From contig JAXDGL010000008.1 of NCBI GenBank assembly GCA_034665065.1, forward strand, positions 319,412 through 383,411: a stretch of DNA of 64,000 nucleotides, read 5' to 3'. Position 1 is the stretch's first letter. The number at the start of each line of letters is the position of its first letter. Shown in pieces: positions 8,750 through 18,092 of the stretch. Position numbers and translations under genes: made by a program. A model generated the notes under the pieces. That model worked only from the letters and a program-made list of their open reading frames with translations, had not been told where the DNA came from and did not search any database. Origin of the DNA: Thermoanaerobaculia bacterium. Lineage in GTDB: Bacteria > Acidobacteriota > Thermoanaerobaculia > Gp7-AA8.

Positions 8750-10372
8750 ATGTCCAGACGTCTCCTCTGTTTCTCGTTCTTACTTCTTCTCGTTTCGCTT
8801 CCGGCTCTTGCCGACTCGCCGGGCGTGTACGCAATCACGGGTGGCACGATCCACCCGGCCAGCGGGCCGGAGATTGCGAACGGCGCGGTGATCATTCGCG
8901 ACGGTCTGATCGAATCGGTGGGCTACGCGGTGGCCATCCCGCTCGACGCCACGGTCATCGACGTGAAAGGGGGCCACATCTACCCCGGCCTCATCGATGC
9001 GATGACGTCGCTCGGTTTTCCAAGTGCGAGCGCGCCACGACGACGCGGTGGTGGGGGAGCAGCGGCGCGCGCGCCGGCAGCCGATCCGTTGCCCGAAACG
9101 GGGCCGTCGTTTCTCGCCTTTCGCGAGGCGAAGCTCTCCGACGATGACGTCGACGCCAAGCGCGCCACCGGCGTGCTGACGATCGTCACCGCACCTTCGT
9201 TCGGCATTTTTAACGGCCAGGCCGTCGCGCTGAACCTCGGCGGCGGGACGATGGAATCGCGCGTCGTTCGCAATCCCGCATGGCAGCAGATCTCGTTCAA
9301 TCCGCGGCCCGCGTGGACGTATCCCGATTCGCTGATGGGCGTGATCTCGTACATCAAACAGACGCTGCTCGACGCGCAGCAGCACGCGGTTGCGAAGTCG
9401 ATTTACGACAAGAATCCGGCCGGCTACAAACGTCCTGACGAGAGTCCATCGCTCGACGCCCTCGGCTCCGTGCTGCGCCGCGACGTGCCGCTCCTCTTCG
9501 TCGCCGACAGCGAGTTGATGATCCGTCGCGCCGAAGCAATCGCCAAAGAGTTCAACGTGCGGCTGATCATCGCCGGCGCGCGGCAGGGCTACAAGATCGC
9601 CGATGAGTTGAAATCGATCGGCGCGCCCGTGCTGGTCTCGACGAAATGGCCCGTCGCGCCGGCGGAGAAGGAGGATCGCGACGAGCAACCGCTGCGCGTC
9701 ATCCGCGACCGTCAGCTCGCGCCGACCACTCCCGCGGTGCTGGCAAAGAGCGACGTGCTCTTCGCGCTCGTCAGCGGTGCCGGGAAGACCGGCGACTTCA
9801 TTCCCGGGATACGCAAAGCGATCGAGAACGGGTTGTCTGCGGACGACGCGTTGCGCGCCACGACGATCAACGCAGCGAAGATCGCCGGCATCGACCGGCA
9901 GCTCGGATCGCTCGATCGCGGCAAGATCGCGAACATCGTCATCACCGACAAGCCGATCTTCGACAAGGAAGCGAAGGTGAAACGGATCTTCATCGACGGC
10001 CGCGAATCGAAAGTAGCTGTCGAGGATGAGAAAAAGAAACCGAGTGGCGGGACGGCGACGGCGGGAGCATCGGCGTCGAGCATCGACGGCAGTTGGAGCT
10101 TCATCGTCAAGACCACCGCCGGCGACGCGAACATCTCCGCGACTCTGCGCGTCGAGAATGGCCAGATCAGCGGCACGTTCTCCGGCGACCGCGGCTCCGG
10201 CAGCATCGGCAACGGAACGTTCGACGGCACGACGGTCGAGTTTTCGATCGCCGGCCGCGGCAAGGAAGAGGCGGGCGACTGGCTGTTCCACGGCACGCTG
10301 CACGGCGCGAACATGGAGGGAACTGTAGCGACGACGCTCGGCACGTTCCCGTTCACGGGGAGTAAGAAATGA
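8750..10372 (+). CDS. secreted amidohydrolase-family protein (paralog 1, metal-binding HxH replaced)
   Basis: Signal peptide [21 protein letters not shown]. Amidohydrolase fold motifs ([17 protein letters not shown]; C-terminal [13 protein letters not shown]). The canonical HxH after the GLID motif is absent. Confidence 0.8.
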   Translation: MSRRLLCFSFLLLLVSLPALADSPGVYAITGGTIHPASGPEIANGAVIIRDGLIESVGYAVAIPLDATVIDVKGGHIYPGLIDAMTSLGFPSASAPRRRGGGGAAARAPAADPLPETGPSFLAFREAKLSDDDVDAKRATGVLTIVTAPSFGIFNGQAVALNLGGGTMESRVVRNPAWQQISFNPRPAWTYPDSLMGVISYIKQTLLDAQQHAVAKSIYDKNPAGYKRPDESPSLDALGSVLRRDVPLLFVADSELMIRRAEAIAKEFNVRLIIAGARQGYKIADELKSIGAPVLVSTKWPVAPAEKEDRDEQPLRVIRDRQLAPTTPAVLAKSDVLFALVSGAGKTGDFIPGIRKAIENGLSADDALRATTINAAKIAGIDRQLGSLDRGKIANIVITDKPIFDKEAKVKRIFIDGRESKVAVEDEKKKPSGGTATAGASASSIDGSWSFIVKTTAGDANISATLRVENGQISGTFSGDRGSGSIGNGTFDGTTVEFSIAGRGKEEAGDWLFHGTLHGANMEGTVATTLGTFPFTGSKK

Positions 10373-10416
10373 AAATCATAAAAGACGTTGTCGGTTTTCG
10401 GTTGTCAGTTGTCTGC

Positions 10417-10566
10417 CATTCCGAGCCCGGCGGCGCCCCGGAGGGGCAAAGTACGGCGAGGAATCCCCTGCCGTTCGCCTCTACCGCCGCCCGCCCTTCG
10501 TTTCAAGAAGGGGATTCCTCGCCGCGCTCCACCCCTCCGGGGTTTCGCCGGCTCGGAATGACAGCG
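10417..10566. repeat. MITE-like palindromic element, family A copy 1
   Basis: Termini CATTCCGAGCCCGGCG … CGCCGGCTCGGAATGACAGCG. Inner inverted pair GAGGAATCCCCT/AGGGGATTCCTC. Related copies at 13401-13460 and 28873-29082. Confidence 0.8.
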
Positions 10567-11940
10567 ATGCCGCTGCTCCTCGCAGTTGCAGCGTTTGCGC
10601 AGACAACTCCTCCAACCAACGACATCCTCATCCGCGACGCGACGATCCTCACGATTACGCATGGCAAGATCGAGCATGGATCGATCCTCGTGCATGGCGG
10701 GAAGATCGCCGCGGTCGGCGGGAATGATCGCGTGACGGCGCCGGCGAATGCGACGGTCATCGACGCTGCCGGCAAGTTCGTGATGCCCGGCATCATCGAC
10801 ACGCACAGCCACTCCGCGGTCGAAGGAAGCGTCAACGAAGTCTCGCTGCCGAACACCGGGATGGTGCGCATCGGCGACGTTCTCACCAACGAAGACATCG
10901 ACGTCTATCGCCAGCTCGCCGGCGGGACGACGACGGCGCTCGTCCTGCACGGCTCGGCGAATCCGATCGGCGGCCAGTCGCAGATCGTGAAGTGGAAGTG
11001 GGGACATCCCATCTCCGAATGGCCGGTCTCCGATGCCCCTCGCACGATCAAGTTCGCCCTCGGCGAGAATCCGAAGTCGTCGAACTTCCGGCCGCCGCCG
11101 GGGATCCCTGCGCAATACCCGCAGACGCGCATGGGCGTTGAGGAAGTCATCCGCCAGTCGTTCACCGATGCGAAGGATTATCTGGCGCGATGGGACGACT
11201 TCGACGCGCGCAAGAAGCGTGGCGAGAATCCCATTCCGCCGCGGCGCGATCTCCTGATGGAGACCATGGCCGACATCCTACGCGGCAAGATTGACGTCCA
11301 CTCGCACTGCTACCGCGCCGACGAGATCATGATGCTGCTCAATGTCTCCGACGAGCAGGGCTTCAAGATTCGCGAGCTGCAGCATGTGCTGGAAGGCTAC
11401 AAAGTGGCGAAGGAGATCGCCGCGCACGGAGTCGGGGGCGGCACGTTCATCGACTGGTGGGGATTCAAGGCCGAGGCCTATGACGCGATTCCGTACAACG
11501 TGGCGCTGATGGATCGCGCCGGCGTGCTGACGTCCGTGAACTCAGACTCAGGCGAGCTGGCGCGGCATCTCAATCAGGACGCCGCGAAAGCGATGAAGTA
11601 CGGTGGACTGTCGGAAGAAGAAGCGCTGAAGCTCTGCACACTCAACGGCGCGAAACAGCTCCGGCTCGATCATCGAATCGGATCGGTCGACGTGGGCAAG
11701 GACGCCGATCTCGTGATCTGGAACGGCCATCCGCTGTCGGCGTACTCGCGCGTCGAGACGACGCTCGTCGATGGCGAGATCGTGTTTGACCGCCAGCGCG
11801 ATCTGGCCATGCGCGCGCAATTAGCCGCGGAAAAGAAGGATCGTTTGAAGAAAGAAGCGGACGACGAAGCAAAGAACAAGAAGCCATCGAAGCCCGGCAA
11901 GAGCGACGAAGAGACGAAGCCGGAGGCAACCAATGATTAA
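10558..11940 (+). CDS. secreted amidohydrolase (paralog 2, intact HxH)
   Basis: Signal peptide [29 protein letters not shown] metal-binding motif. C-terminal [15 protein letters not shown]. The ORF-track N-terminal extension (10369-10557) is translated MITE sequence. Confidence 0.85.
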   Translation: MTAMPLLLAVAAFAQTTPPTNDILIRDATILTITHGKIEHGSILVHGGKIAAVGGNDRVTAPANATVIDAAGKFVMPGIIDTHSHSAVEGSVNEVSLPNTGMVRIGDVLTNEDIDVYRQLAGGTTTALVLHGSANPIGGQSQIVKWKWGHPISEWPVSDAPRTIKFALGENPKSSNFRPPPGIPAQYPQTRMGVEEVIRQSFTDAKDYLARWDDFDARKKRGENPIPPRRDLLMETMADILRGKIDVHSHCYRADEIMMLLNVSDEQGFKIRELQHVLEGYKVAKEIAAHGVGGGTFIDWWGFKAEAYDAIPYNVALMDRAGVLTSVNSDSGELARHLNQDAAKAMKYGGLSEEEALKLCTLNGAKQLRLDHRIGSVDVGKDADLVIWNGHPLSAYSRVETTLVDGEIVFDRQRDLAMRAQLAAEKKDRLKKEADDEAKNKKPSKPGKSDEETKPEATND

Positions 11941-13282
11941 CCTGGGACCGCGGGCGTCCCGCCCGCATTCGACGCCTCCAGTGCTGAGATTGATAGTCGC
12001 GCTTCTCCTCGCCACATCGGCTTACGCGCAATCGGTCATCCCGAACAGTCCCGGCAAGAAACCGACCTTCGCCATCCGCAACGCCACGATCGTTCCGGTG
12101 ACTTCGCCGCCGATCGCGAACGGCACGATCGTCTTCGCCAACGGCGTCATCACGGCCGTCGGCGCCAACGTCACCGTTCCCGCGAACGCGACCGTCATCG
12201 ACGGAACGGGCCTCTTCGTCTATCCCGGTCTCATCGACAGCGGCTCGCATGTCGGACTCGAAGAGATCAGCGCCGTTCCCGGCACCGTCGACACCGCGGA
12301 GTTGGGCGATATCAATCCGAATGCGCGCGCCGAGGTTGCGGTGAATCCGCATAGCAACGTGATACCGGTGACGCGCGTGAACGGAATCACAACTGTCGTC
12401 AGCGAGCCTGAGGGAGGCATCATCTCCGGCTCGTCGGCGATGATCCAACTCGCCGGATGGACGCCGCAGGAGATGACGCTCAAGGCGCCGCTGGCGATGC
12501 ACATCCACTTCCCGCGCTTGCGGACCAATGCGTTCGACGAAGTTCCGCAGGATGAAGAGGCCACGAAAGAAGCGGCGAAGAATTACACGAAACAGATCGA
12601 CAAGCTGCGCGACACGTTGCGCGACGCGCAGGCATACGGGCGGGCATCCGCGGCGCGCACGAATCATCCAGAGATCAAGCGCGTCGATCGCGATTTGATG
12701 CTCGAAGCGCTCGTTCCGGTCGTCGAAGGACGCGAACCGGTGGTGATGCACGCGAACCTGGAGCGCGATATCCGTGCGGCGATCAAGTTTGCCGATGAAT
12801 TCAAATTGAAAGTGATTCTCGCTGACGCCGAAGATGTGGCGAAGGTCATTCCCGAACTGAAGTCGCACAAGATCCCGGTGATTCTCGGGCCGATCCTCTC
12901 GATGCCGCCGCGCGAAGACGATCCGTACGATCTCGTCTACGGCAACGCCAGGACGCTGTTCGACGCGGGCATTCCGTTCGCGATTCAGTCGCTCGATGCG
13001 CACAACGCGCGCAATCTACCGTATCAGGCCGCTGCGTGCGCGGCGTTCGGGTTGCCGAAAGAGGAAGCGTTGCGCGCGGTGACGATCGCGCCCGCGCAGA
13101 TTTTCGGGATGGCCGATCGAATCGGATCGCTGGAGGCGGGGAAGCTGGCGAACATCATCGTCACGGACGGCGATCCGCTGGAGATCGTTACGCACGTGAA
13201 GCGGCTGTTCATCGGCGGGGAGGAGATCTCGCTGGAGACGAACCAAACGTTGCTCTACGAGAAATTCAAGGCGAGGCCGTGA
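11933..13282 (+). CDS. secreted amidohydrolase-family protein (paralog 3, HxH degenerate)
   Basis: Overlaps paralog 2 by 8 bp. [15 protein letters not shown] (SH instead of HxH). C-terminal [16 protein letters not shown]. Confidence 0.8.
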   Translation: MINLGPRASRPHSTPPVLRLIVALLLATSAYAQSVIPNSPGKKPTFAIRNATIVPVTSPPIANGTIVFANGVITAVGANVTVPANATVIDGTGLFVYPGLIDSGSHVGLEEISAVPGTVDTAELGDINPNARAEVAVNPHSNVIPVTRVNGITTVVSEPEGGIISGSSAMIQLAGWTPQEMTLKAPLAMHIHFPRLRTNAFDEVPQDEEATKEAAKNYTKQIDKLRDTLRDAQAYGRASAARTNHPEIKRVDRDLMLEALVPVVEGREPVVMHANLERDIRAAIKFADEFKLKVILADAEDVAKVIPELKSHKIPVILGPILSMPPREDDPYDLVYGNARTLFDAGIPFAIQSLDAHNARNLPYQAAACAAFGLPKEEALRAVTIAPAQIFGMADRIGSLEAGKLANIIVTDGDPLEIVTHVKRLFIGGEEISLETNQTLLYEKFKARP

Positions 13283-13298
13283 AGCCTCTCGGCGGTCA

Positions 13299-13386
13299 CC
13301 AGTGATCAGTGATCAGTGATCGGTGGTCAGAAAGTCAGGACGCTGGATAGCGATTCCTGATCTGGTCACTGATCACTGATCACTTG
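13299..13386. terminator. hairpin of inverted AGTGATC heptamer arrays
   Basis: AGTGATCAGTGATCAGTGATCGG … CTGGTCACTGATCACTGATCACT, immediately after the amidohydrolase 3 stop. Confidence 0.55.
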
Positions 13387-13400
13387 ATTGTCGCTTCGTG

Positions 13401-13460
13401 GGCGGAGATTCCTCGCCACCCGCCGCTCCGCCCGCTCGGAATGACAGCGAGAATGACAGC
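13401..13460. repeat. family A MITE half-copy
   Basis: GGAGATTCCTCGCC…CGCTCGGAATGACAGCGAGAATGACAGCG matches the right half of the family A element. Confidence 0.6.
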
Positions 13461-13497
13461 GCAAAATTCGGCGCGCTGCGTGTGAGAGATCGTGTCG

Positions 13498-13632
13498 TCA
13501 GCGATAGATCATCGCCGCTGTCGCCGAGATGATGAGCGACGCGGTCCAGAGGATCGTGAATACACGCCACGATTGCCGGCCGCTGCGTAGATCGAACGAT
13601 GTTTCGCTAACGAACTGCTTGATCTGGGTCAT
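13498..13632 (-). CDS. 44-aa hydrophobic peptide (hypothetical)
   Basis: Not in the ORF track (<60 aa). MTQIKQFVSETSFDLRSGRQSWRVFTILWTASLIISATAAMIYR. A GGAGAA RBS lies 6 nt upstream, directly downstream of the 13672-14007 gene on the same strand. Confidence 0.3.
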   Translation of the reverse strand: MTQIKQFVSETSFDLRSGRQSWRVFTILWTASLIISATAAMIYR

Positions 13633-13671
13633 CTGACGTTCTCCGGGCTCGCGGTTTTGCACATCTCATGC

Positions 13672-14007
13672 TCAGTTGTTGACGGTGTTGAGTGGATTGA
13701 CCGGAGCGGTCTGCTCTGGCTCCGAGGTTTGCGCCTGTTGGATGGGAACCGTGCGAGTGCCGAACGCGTCGATCGGCCACACATCGAGCGGCAGCGTGCG
13801 TCCGTTGGCGGCGAGGTAGACCGTCTCGCTCGTGAGCAATTCGATCGAGCCATTCGCAGGGATCGCGAAGCGCTCGCCGGCGTAGGTGAACATCGCGCCG
13901 GGCGTTCCCACGAACTTGTACGAGACGGTTCCTTTGTGGCAGACCGGGGCGGCGACTGGCGCGTGGTGGAGGAGGGCGGCGAGGGTGATTGCGTGCAGGA
14001 TGTTCAT
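13672..14007 (-). CDS. small secreted hypothetical protein
   Basis: Signal peptide MNILHAITLAALLHHAPVAAPV. ~111 aa after the internal Met. The longer ORF-track version starts at 14037. Confidence 0.5.
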   Translation of the reverse strand: MNILHAITLAALLHHAPVAAPVCHKGTVSYKFVGTPGAMFTYAGERFAIPANGSIELLTSETVYLAANGRTLPLDVWPIDAFGTRTVPIQQAQTSEPEQTAPVNPLNTVNN

Positions 14008-14169
14008 GCCCTGGACATACTCCAAGGGCGGTACCATGCAAGAATCTCAGTAGAATCAACGACTTAGTAAATCGTGCGCGATTTGAACGTCGCGAAATCA
14101 GACAGAGTGTCCTGATATCGTACGGTGAGAGATTCGCCTGATCGCGTGTATAGTCCGCCCAGTTCTTTC

Positions 14170-14335
14170 CCAATTTCTCTGAGTCAGTGAACGGGAAGCC
14201 GGTGTGATGCCGGCGCGGCCCCCGCCACTGTGACCGGCGACAACTCGCTCCACGATAGCCACTGCATCTACCGATGCGGGAAGGCGGCGCGACGAGGATG
14301 ACCCGGAAGCCAGGAGACCGGCTGGCTCGGAACCC
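14170..14335 (+). ncRNA. cobalamin (AdoCbl) riboswitch
   Basis: GGGAAGCCGGTGTGATGCCGGCGCGGCCCCCGCCACTGTGACCGG … GGGAAGGCGG … B12 box GAAGCCAGGAGACCGGC, directly upstream of the btuB-like receptor. Confidence 0.8.
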
Positions 14336-14371
14336 ACTTTTGATTCTCTTCTTCGGAGGGAAGGAGTCGTC

Positions 14372-16204
14372 ATGAAGCGTGTTCTCGCTGCGTCTCTGCT
14401 TTTTGCTGTTTCCTCGTTCGCTCAATCCACCCCACAACCCGTAACCATCAACGACCAGATCGTCGTCACTGCCTCGTCGTTACCGGAGACCTTGCAGGTC
14501 ACTCCTGCCGCTGTCAAGGTCATCACGCGTGCCGACATCGCCGCGCGCGCCGCGCGCGATGTCGCCGACGTTCTTCGCGAAGTTCCCGGCCTCGTGCTCG
14601 CGCGCAGCGGCTCGCCCGGCAAAGCGACCTCGCTCTTCACGCGCGGCGCGGCGTCGACGCAGACGCTCGTCCTCTGGAACGGGATCGCGTTGAACAATCC
14701 CTATTTTTCCGGCTACGACTGGGGACGTTTTTCGACCGCCGGCGTCGAACAGATCGAAGTCGTACGCGGACCCTACTCCGCGCTGTACGGTTCAGAAGCG
14801 ATGGCGGGAGTGATCAACGTATTGACCGCGCCGCGCACGAGCGCCGTTCATGGCGACTTCGAGAGCGGTAGCCATGGCTTGCGCAATGCCGCGCTCAACG
14901 CGACGTACGCCGCGGAAACGATCCAGGCCGCCGGCAGCTACGAGCATCGCGCCGATGATGGTTTCAACGCCAATGACGATTTCCGCCAGAACAGCGCCGG
15001 CGCGAACGCGAAATGGATTCCGTCCGACTCCTTTTCCATCGGCGCTTCCGGCCGCCACACTTCCTACGACCTCGGCATCCCCTTCAACACAAATGCCGCA
15101 GGCACCGCACTCGTGCCGAGCCTCGATCGCCGTCAGAGCGGGACGGAGACGCAGATCGCCATTCCGGTTAGTCTGACGCTCGGCCGCTTCATCAGCGATC
15201 TGACGCTCTCCGACAATCATCGCCGCGATGATTTCTCCGATCCTGCCGATCCGTTCACGACATCGACGTCGACCGATGCGAAGACGCGCCGCGCACGCTT
15301 GACGACGCGGTTTGTTACATCGGTAGGTACGATCGTCGCCGGCGGCGAGTACGAGCGCGACCTCGTCAGCGACGTCACCAACTACGGTCCGAATTTTCTC
15401 GCCAAGCGGCGCACCGATCACTCCCTCTTCATCGAAGACCGCTATTCGCATCCCATCAGCCAGACCACGCACTTCGAGCTCAGTGCCGGCGTCCGGCGCG
15501 ACCGCTTCGATACGTTCGGTGGACAGACGTCACCGCGCGTCGCCGCGGCCATCGTTCGAGGAACGACGAAATGGCGCGCCGCCTATGGCACCGGCTTCCG
15601 CGCTCCCTCCCTCGGCGAGTTGTACTACCCGTTCTTCGGTAACGCCGCGCTGAAAGCGGAGTCCAATCGAAGCTATGAGATCGGCTACGACGCGCCGATG
15701 GGACGCGACGGACTCTTCTCGCTGACATACTTCAACAGCCGTTACCGCAATCTCATCACCTTCGATCCCGTCACGTTCATCTCGCAGAACATCGGACGCG
15801 TGCGCGCCGACGGCGTCGAGGTCGGGATCACCAATCAGGTGAGCGCGAACGTCTACACCGCCTTCAGCTACACGTACCTGCATCGCGACGAAGATGAGAA
15901 GACCGGCCTGCGCCTGCTCCGCCGCCCGAAGCACTCCGGATCACTGGCGACCGGCTATCGCAACGGCGCGATCGACACGAACATCGCCATCCTCCGCACC
16001 GGCGAGCGCGACGACTCGCAAGCCGTTCTTCCATTCGGCCGCGTAACCAACAAGTCCTACACGACGATCGACGTCAACGTGCAATACCACATGGCGCACG
16101 TCTCCCCATTCGTAAAGATCGAGAACCTGCGCAACACGGCGTACCAGGAAGTCGTCGGCTACGCATCGCCGGGGCGAAGAGTGATCATCGGCGTGAAGTT
16201 CTAA
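14372..16204 (+). CDS. btuB: TonB-dependent outer-membrane cobalamin receptor
   Basis: Signal peptide, TonB-box/plug region (DQIVVTASS…VVRGPYSALYGSEAMAGVINVLT), C-terminal beta-barrel ending in F. Preceded by the B12 riboswitch. Confidence 0.85.
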   Translation: MKRVLAASLLFAVSSFAQSTPQPVTINDQIVVTASSLPETLQVTPAAVKVITRADIAARAARDVADVLREVPGLVLARSGSPGKATSLFTRGAASTQTLVLWNGIALNNPYFSGYDWGRFSTAGVEQIEVVRGPYSALYGSEAMAGVINVLTAPRTSAVHGDFESGSHGLRNAALNATYAAETIQAAGSYEHRADDGFNANDDFRQNSAGANAKWIPSDSFSIGASGRHTSYDLGIPFNTNAAGTALVPSLDRRQSGTETQIAIPVSLTLGRFISDLTLSDNHRRDDFSDPADPFTTSTSTDAKTRRARLTTRFVTSVGTIVAGGEYERDLVSDVTNYGPNFLAKRRTDHSLFIEDRYSHPISQTTHFELSAGVRRDRFDTFGGQTSPRVAAAIVRGTTKWRAAYGTGFRAPSLGELYYPFFGNAALKAESNRSYEIGYDAPMGRDGLFSLTYFNSRYRNLITFDPVTFISQNIGRVRADGVEVGITNQVSANVYTAFSYTYLHRDEDEKTGLRLLRRPKHSGSLATGYRNGAIDTNIAILRTGERDDSQAVLPFGRVTNKSYTTIDVNVQYHMAHVSPFVKIENLRNTAYQEVVGYASPGRRVIIGVKF

Positions 16205-16270
16205 TCTGCGTTTATCTGCGACATCTGCGGAACAGCTTTTATCCGCAGATGAACGCAGATTTACGCAGAT
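16204..16270. terminator. ATCTGCG-repeat hairpin
   Basis: ATCTGCGtttATCTGCGacATCTGCGG…CCGCAGATgaaCGCAGATttaCGCAGAT directly after the btuB stop. The same motif family recurs at 38241-38300 and 44090-44176. Confidence 0.6.
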
Positions 16271-16532
16271 GGAACCCTGGGAACGCGGGCGTCCCGCCCG
16301 CCGAGTGACATATACGGCCTGCATGAACGCATCGCCGCGGAACGCTGGCGTCTCGCCGGCTGGCCCGGCGCGCGTCCTCGCCGCCGAATGGTGAAGTTTG
16401 CGCCGGCGTTGTGTTACCAGCGAGAGATTCGGCAGCGAGACGCAGCCGATCCAGCCGGCGGGGACGCCAGCGTTCCGCCGCGTAAACTTGCGTTCGCGGT
16501 AGGTGTCACAGCGGGCGAGACGCCCGCGTTCC
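16268..16532. repeat. nested GC-rich palindrome (GGGAACGCGGGCGTCCCGCCCGC family)
   Basis: Outer arms CCCTGGGAACGCGGGCGTCCCGCCCGCC (16272-16300) and GCGGGCGAGACGCCCGCGTTCCCAGG (16505-16530). Inner arms at ~16340-16370 and 16448-16480. The same motif recurs at ~11945. Confidence 0.6.
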
Positions 16533-16678
16533 CAGGCTCACGCTGGCCATGCCATCGCCTCCGCGAGTCCTGGCAACGCGGCCGACAACTTCGTCGATGC
16601 AGGTGCCGGCGATCCCGTCCAGCTCGGGGGCCAGCACGCCGCTGACGCCGTCTCCGCGAGCTGCGCCAGAAGTACTGC

Positions 16679-16861
16679 GTGACACAGCGACAGCTCTCCT
16701 TCGCGACGGGACTCACCGAGGGATACATCAGCAACATGGAGAGAGGCCTGAAGGTACCCAGTCTCACCACGATCCTCCGCCTCGCTGTGGCCCTTGGCTG
16801 CAAGGTAAAGTTAGTGTCGATCTTCGACAAGACCGACCTGCCGGCGATCCTTCCGAGATGA
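16679..16861 (+). CDS. XRE-family HTH fragment (possibly truncated)
   Basis: 60 aa, LSFATGLTEGYISNMERGLKVPSLTTILRLAVALG. This is helices 2-5 of an HTH_3 fold; helix 1 is missing. Lower-GC neighbourhood. Confidence 0.4.
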   Translation: MTQRQLSFATGLTEGYISNMERGLKVPSLTTILRLAVALGCKVKLVSIFDKTDLPAILPR

Positions 16862-16961
16862 TCACTCTTGTTGCCGTTCACCGTCCCACCAATAATGATT
16901 AGCCGCTGCCGAACTCATAGCTGGCTCGCACGACGCGTCGCTTTCCGCGATAATCCATGTT

Positions 16962-17921
16962 GTGATGGACACCCTCGAAGATAAGGCGCGCATCCTGCTG
17001 GAGGCCGCCGAACAGGCCGGCTGGTCCGATGCACCAAGCATTGTTCAGAGAGTTAAAGGCCTTCAACGCGGGATTCCGGCGGAAGATGAATTGTCCGTCA
17101 TCCTACACTGGCTGGGACGCTGCAAACTAGTACACAAGTTAGATCAGACGCAATACCCTGCAACGTCTCGTGCGCAATGGCGAGTTCCCGACCTGCTCGC
17201 TTTTTTCGATTACGGCGGTCATACAGTTCCTGTGCTGATCGAAGTCAAGCGTACGAAGCGAGACAAGCTAAAGTGGAAGCGCCAATATCTTGAGAGCCTC
17301 CAGTCGTATTCCGAAGCCGTCGGAATCCCTCTCTTAATCGCGTGGAAGTTCGCGTCGCTGTGGTGCTTGTTCGAGCCGTGTCACTTCCGGCTCGCTCATA
17401 CCAATCTCCACGCCAGATTCTTAGATGTCATGCCTCACACGTTAATGAGTGTCCTGGCGGGCGACTTTTCCTTTGCCCTTCATCCCGGGGTCGCGTGGCA
17501 TCTGCACTGGCGCAAGTTAAAGAACACCGGTCCCCAAGGCTGGCATCTTCAGGTTGAACGATCGTACGTGACCAACGTGGCTGGTAACGAAGTTCAATCT
17601 GCACCAGGCATTTTGCCGCTCCTCGCGTGCTTTCCAAATTACTCCGAACATAGGCATACACGAACACATATCCATCAAACGTTCACGGTACCAAGTGGTG
17701 GGGCCGCCGAATTCGCCCACCGTTGCCTCAGTCAACTCGTCGCCGTGTTCGGCGGCCGCGATAGACCGAAGAGCTGGCGCGCGTATCTTCAAGGCACGCG
17801 GCTGCCCACGCTCGCCGAAAACTTCCACGACACCGTTCATAACCTCGGTTCCGGATTTGTACATCACCTTTTCCGCGTCAGACCCGTCGCCACTCCCGCG
17901 TTCTTGCCGAGGTCGGGCTAA
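16962..17921 (+). CDS. hypothetical protein, possible PD-(D/E)xK nuclease-like
   Basis: 319 aa. Markedly lower GC than flanks. PDLLAFFDYGG…VLIEVKRTK resembles a D…E-x-K nuclease core. Confidence 0.5.
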   Translation: MMDTLEDKARILLEAAEQAGWSDAPSIVQRVKGLQRGIPAEDELSVILHWLGRCKLVHKLDQTQYPATSRAQWRVPDLLAFFDYGGHTVPVLIEVKRTKRDKLKWKRQYLESLQSYSEAVGIPLLIAWKFASLWCLFEPCHFRLAHTNLHARFLDVMPHTLMSVLAGDFSFALHPGVAWHLHWRKLKNTGPQGWHLQVERSYVTNVAGNEVQSAPGILPLLACFPNYSEHRHTRTHIHQTFTVPSGGAAEFAHRCLSQLVAVFGGRDRPKSWRAYLQGTRLPTLAENFHDTVHNLGSGFVHHLFRVRPVATPAFLPRSG

Positions 17922-18092
17922 CTCCTCGGAGCATCCGGTCGCGTGCTTTCGTTGGCCCGGCGCCCGAGCCGCCTTGCGCAGCAGCCGGCGCGCTACTCTG
18001 CACTGCCGCATGAAGGAACGCGGCGGCTGAGCGAAAGAAACGTTCGCCATGCTAGCCGTTCGCGCACAAATCGTGCTTCGCCATCCCTCGCC

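Noticed and set aside
8780-10303. 507-aa minus-strand ORF (and 9712-10356, 10405-11115, 11642-13003 minus ORFs)
   Set aside because: Antisense to the three amidohydrolase genes, which have signal peptides and family motifs. Arg/Asp-rich artefacts.
10369-10557. N-terminal 63-aa extension of amidohydrolase 2 in the ORF track
   Set aside because: This stretch is a family A MITE copy. The Met at 10558 is followed by a proper signal peptide.
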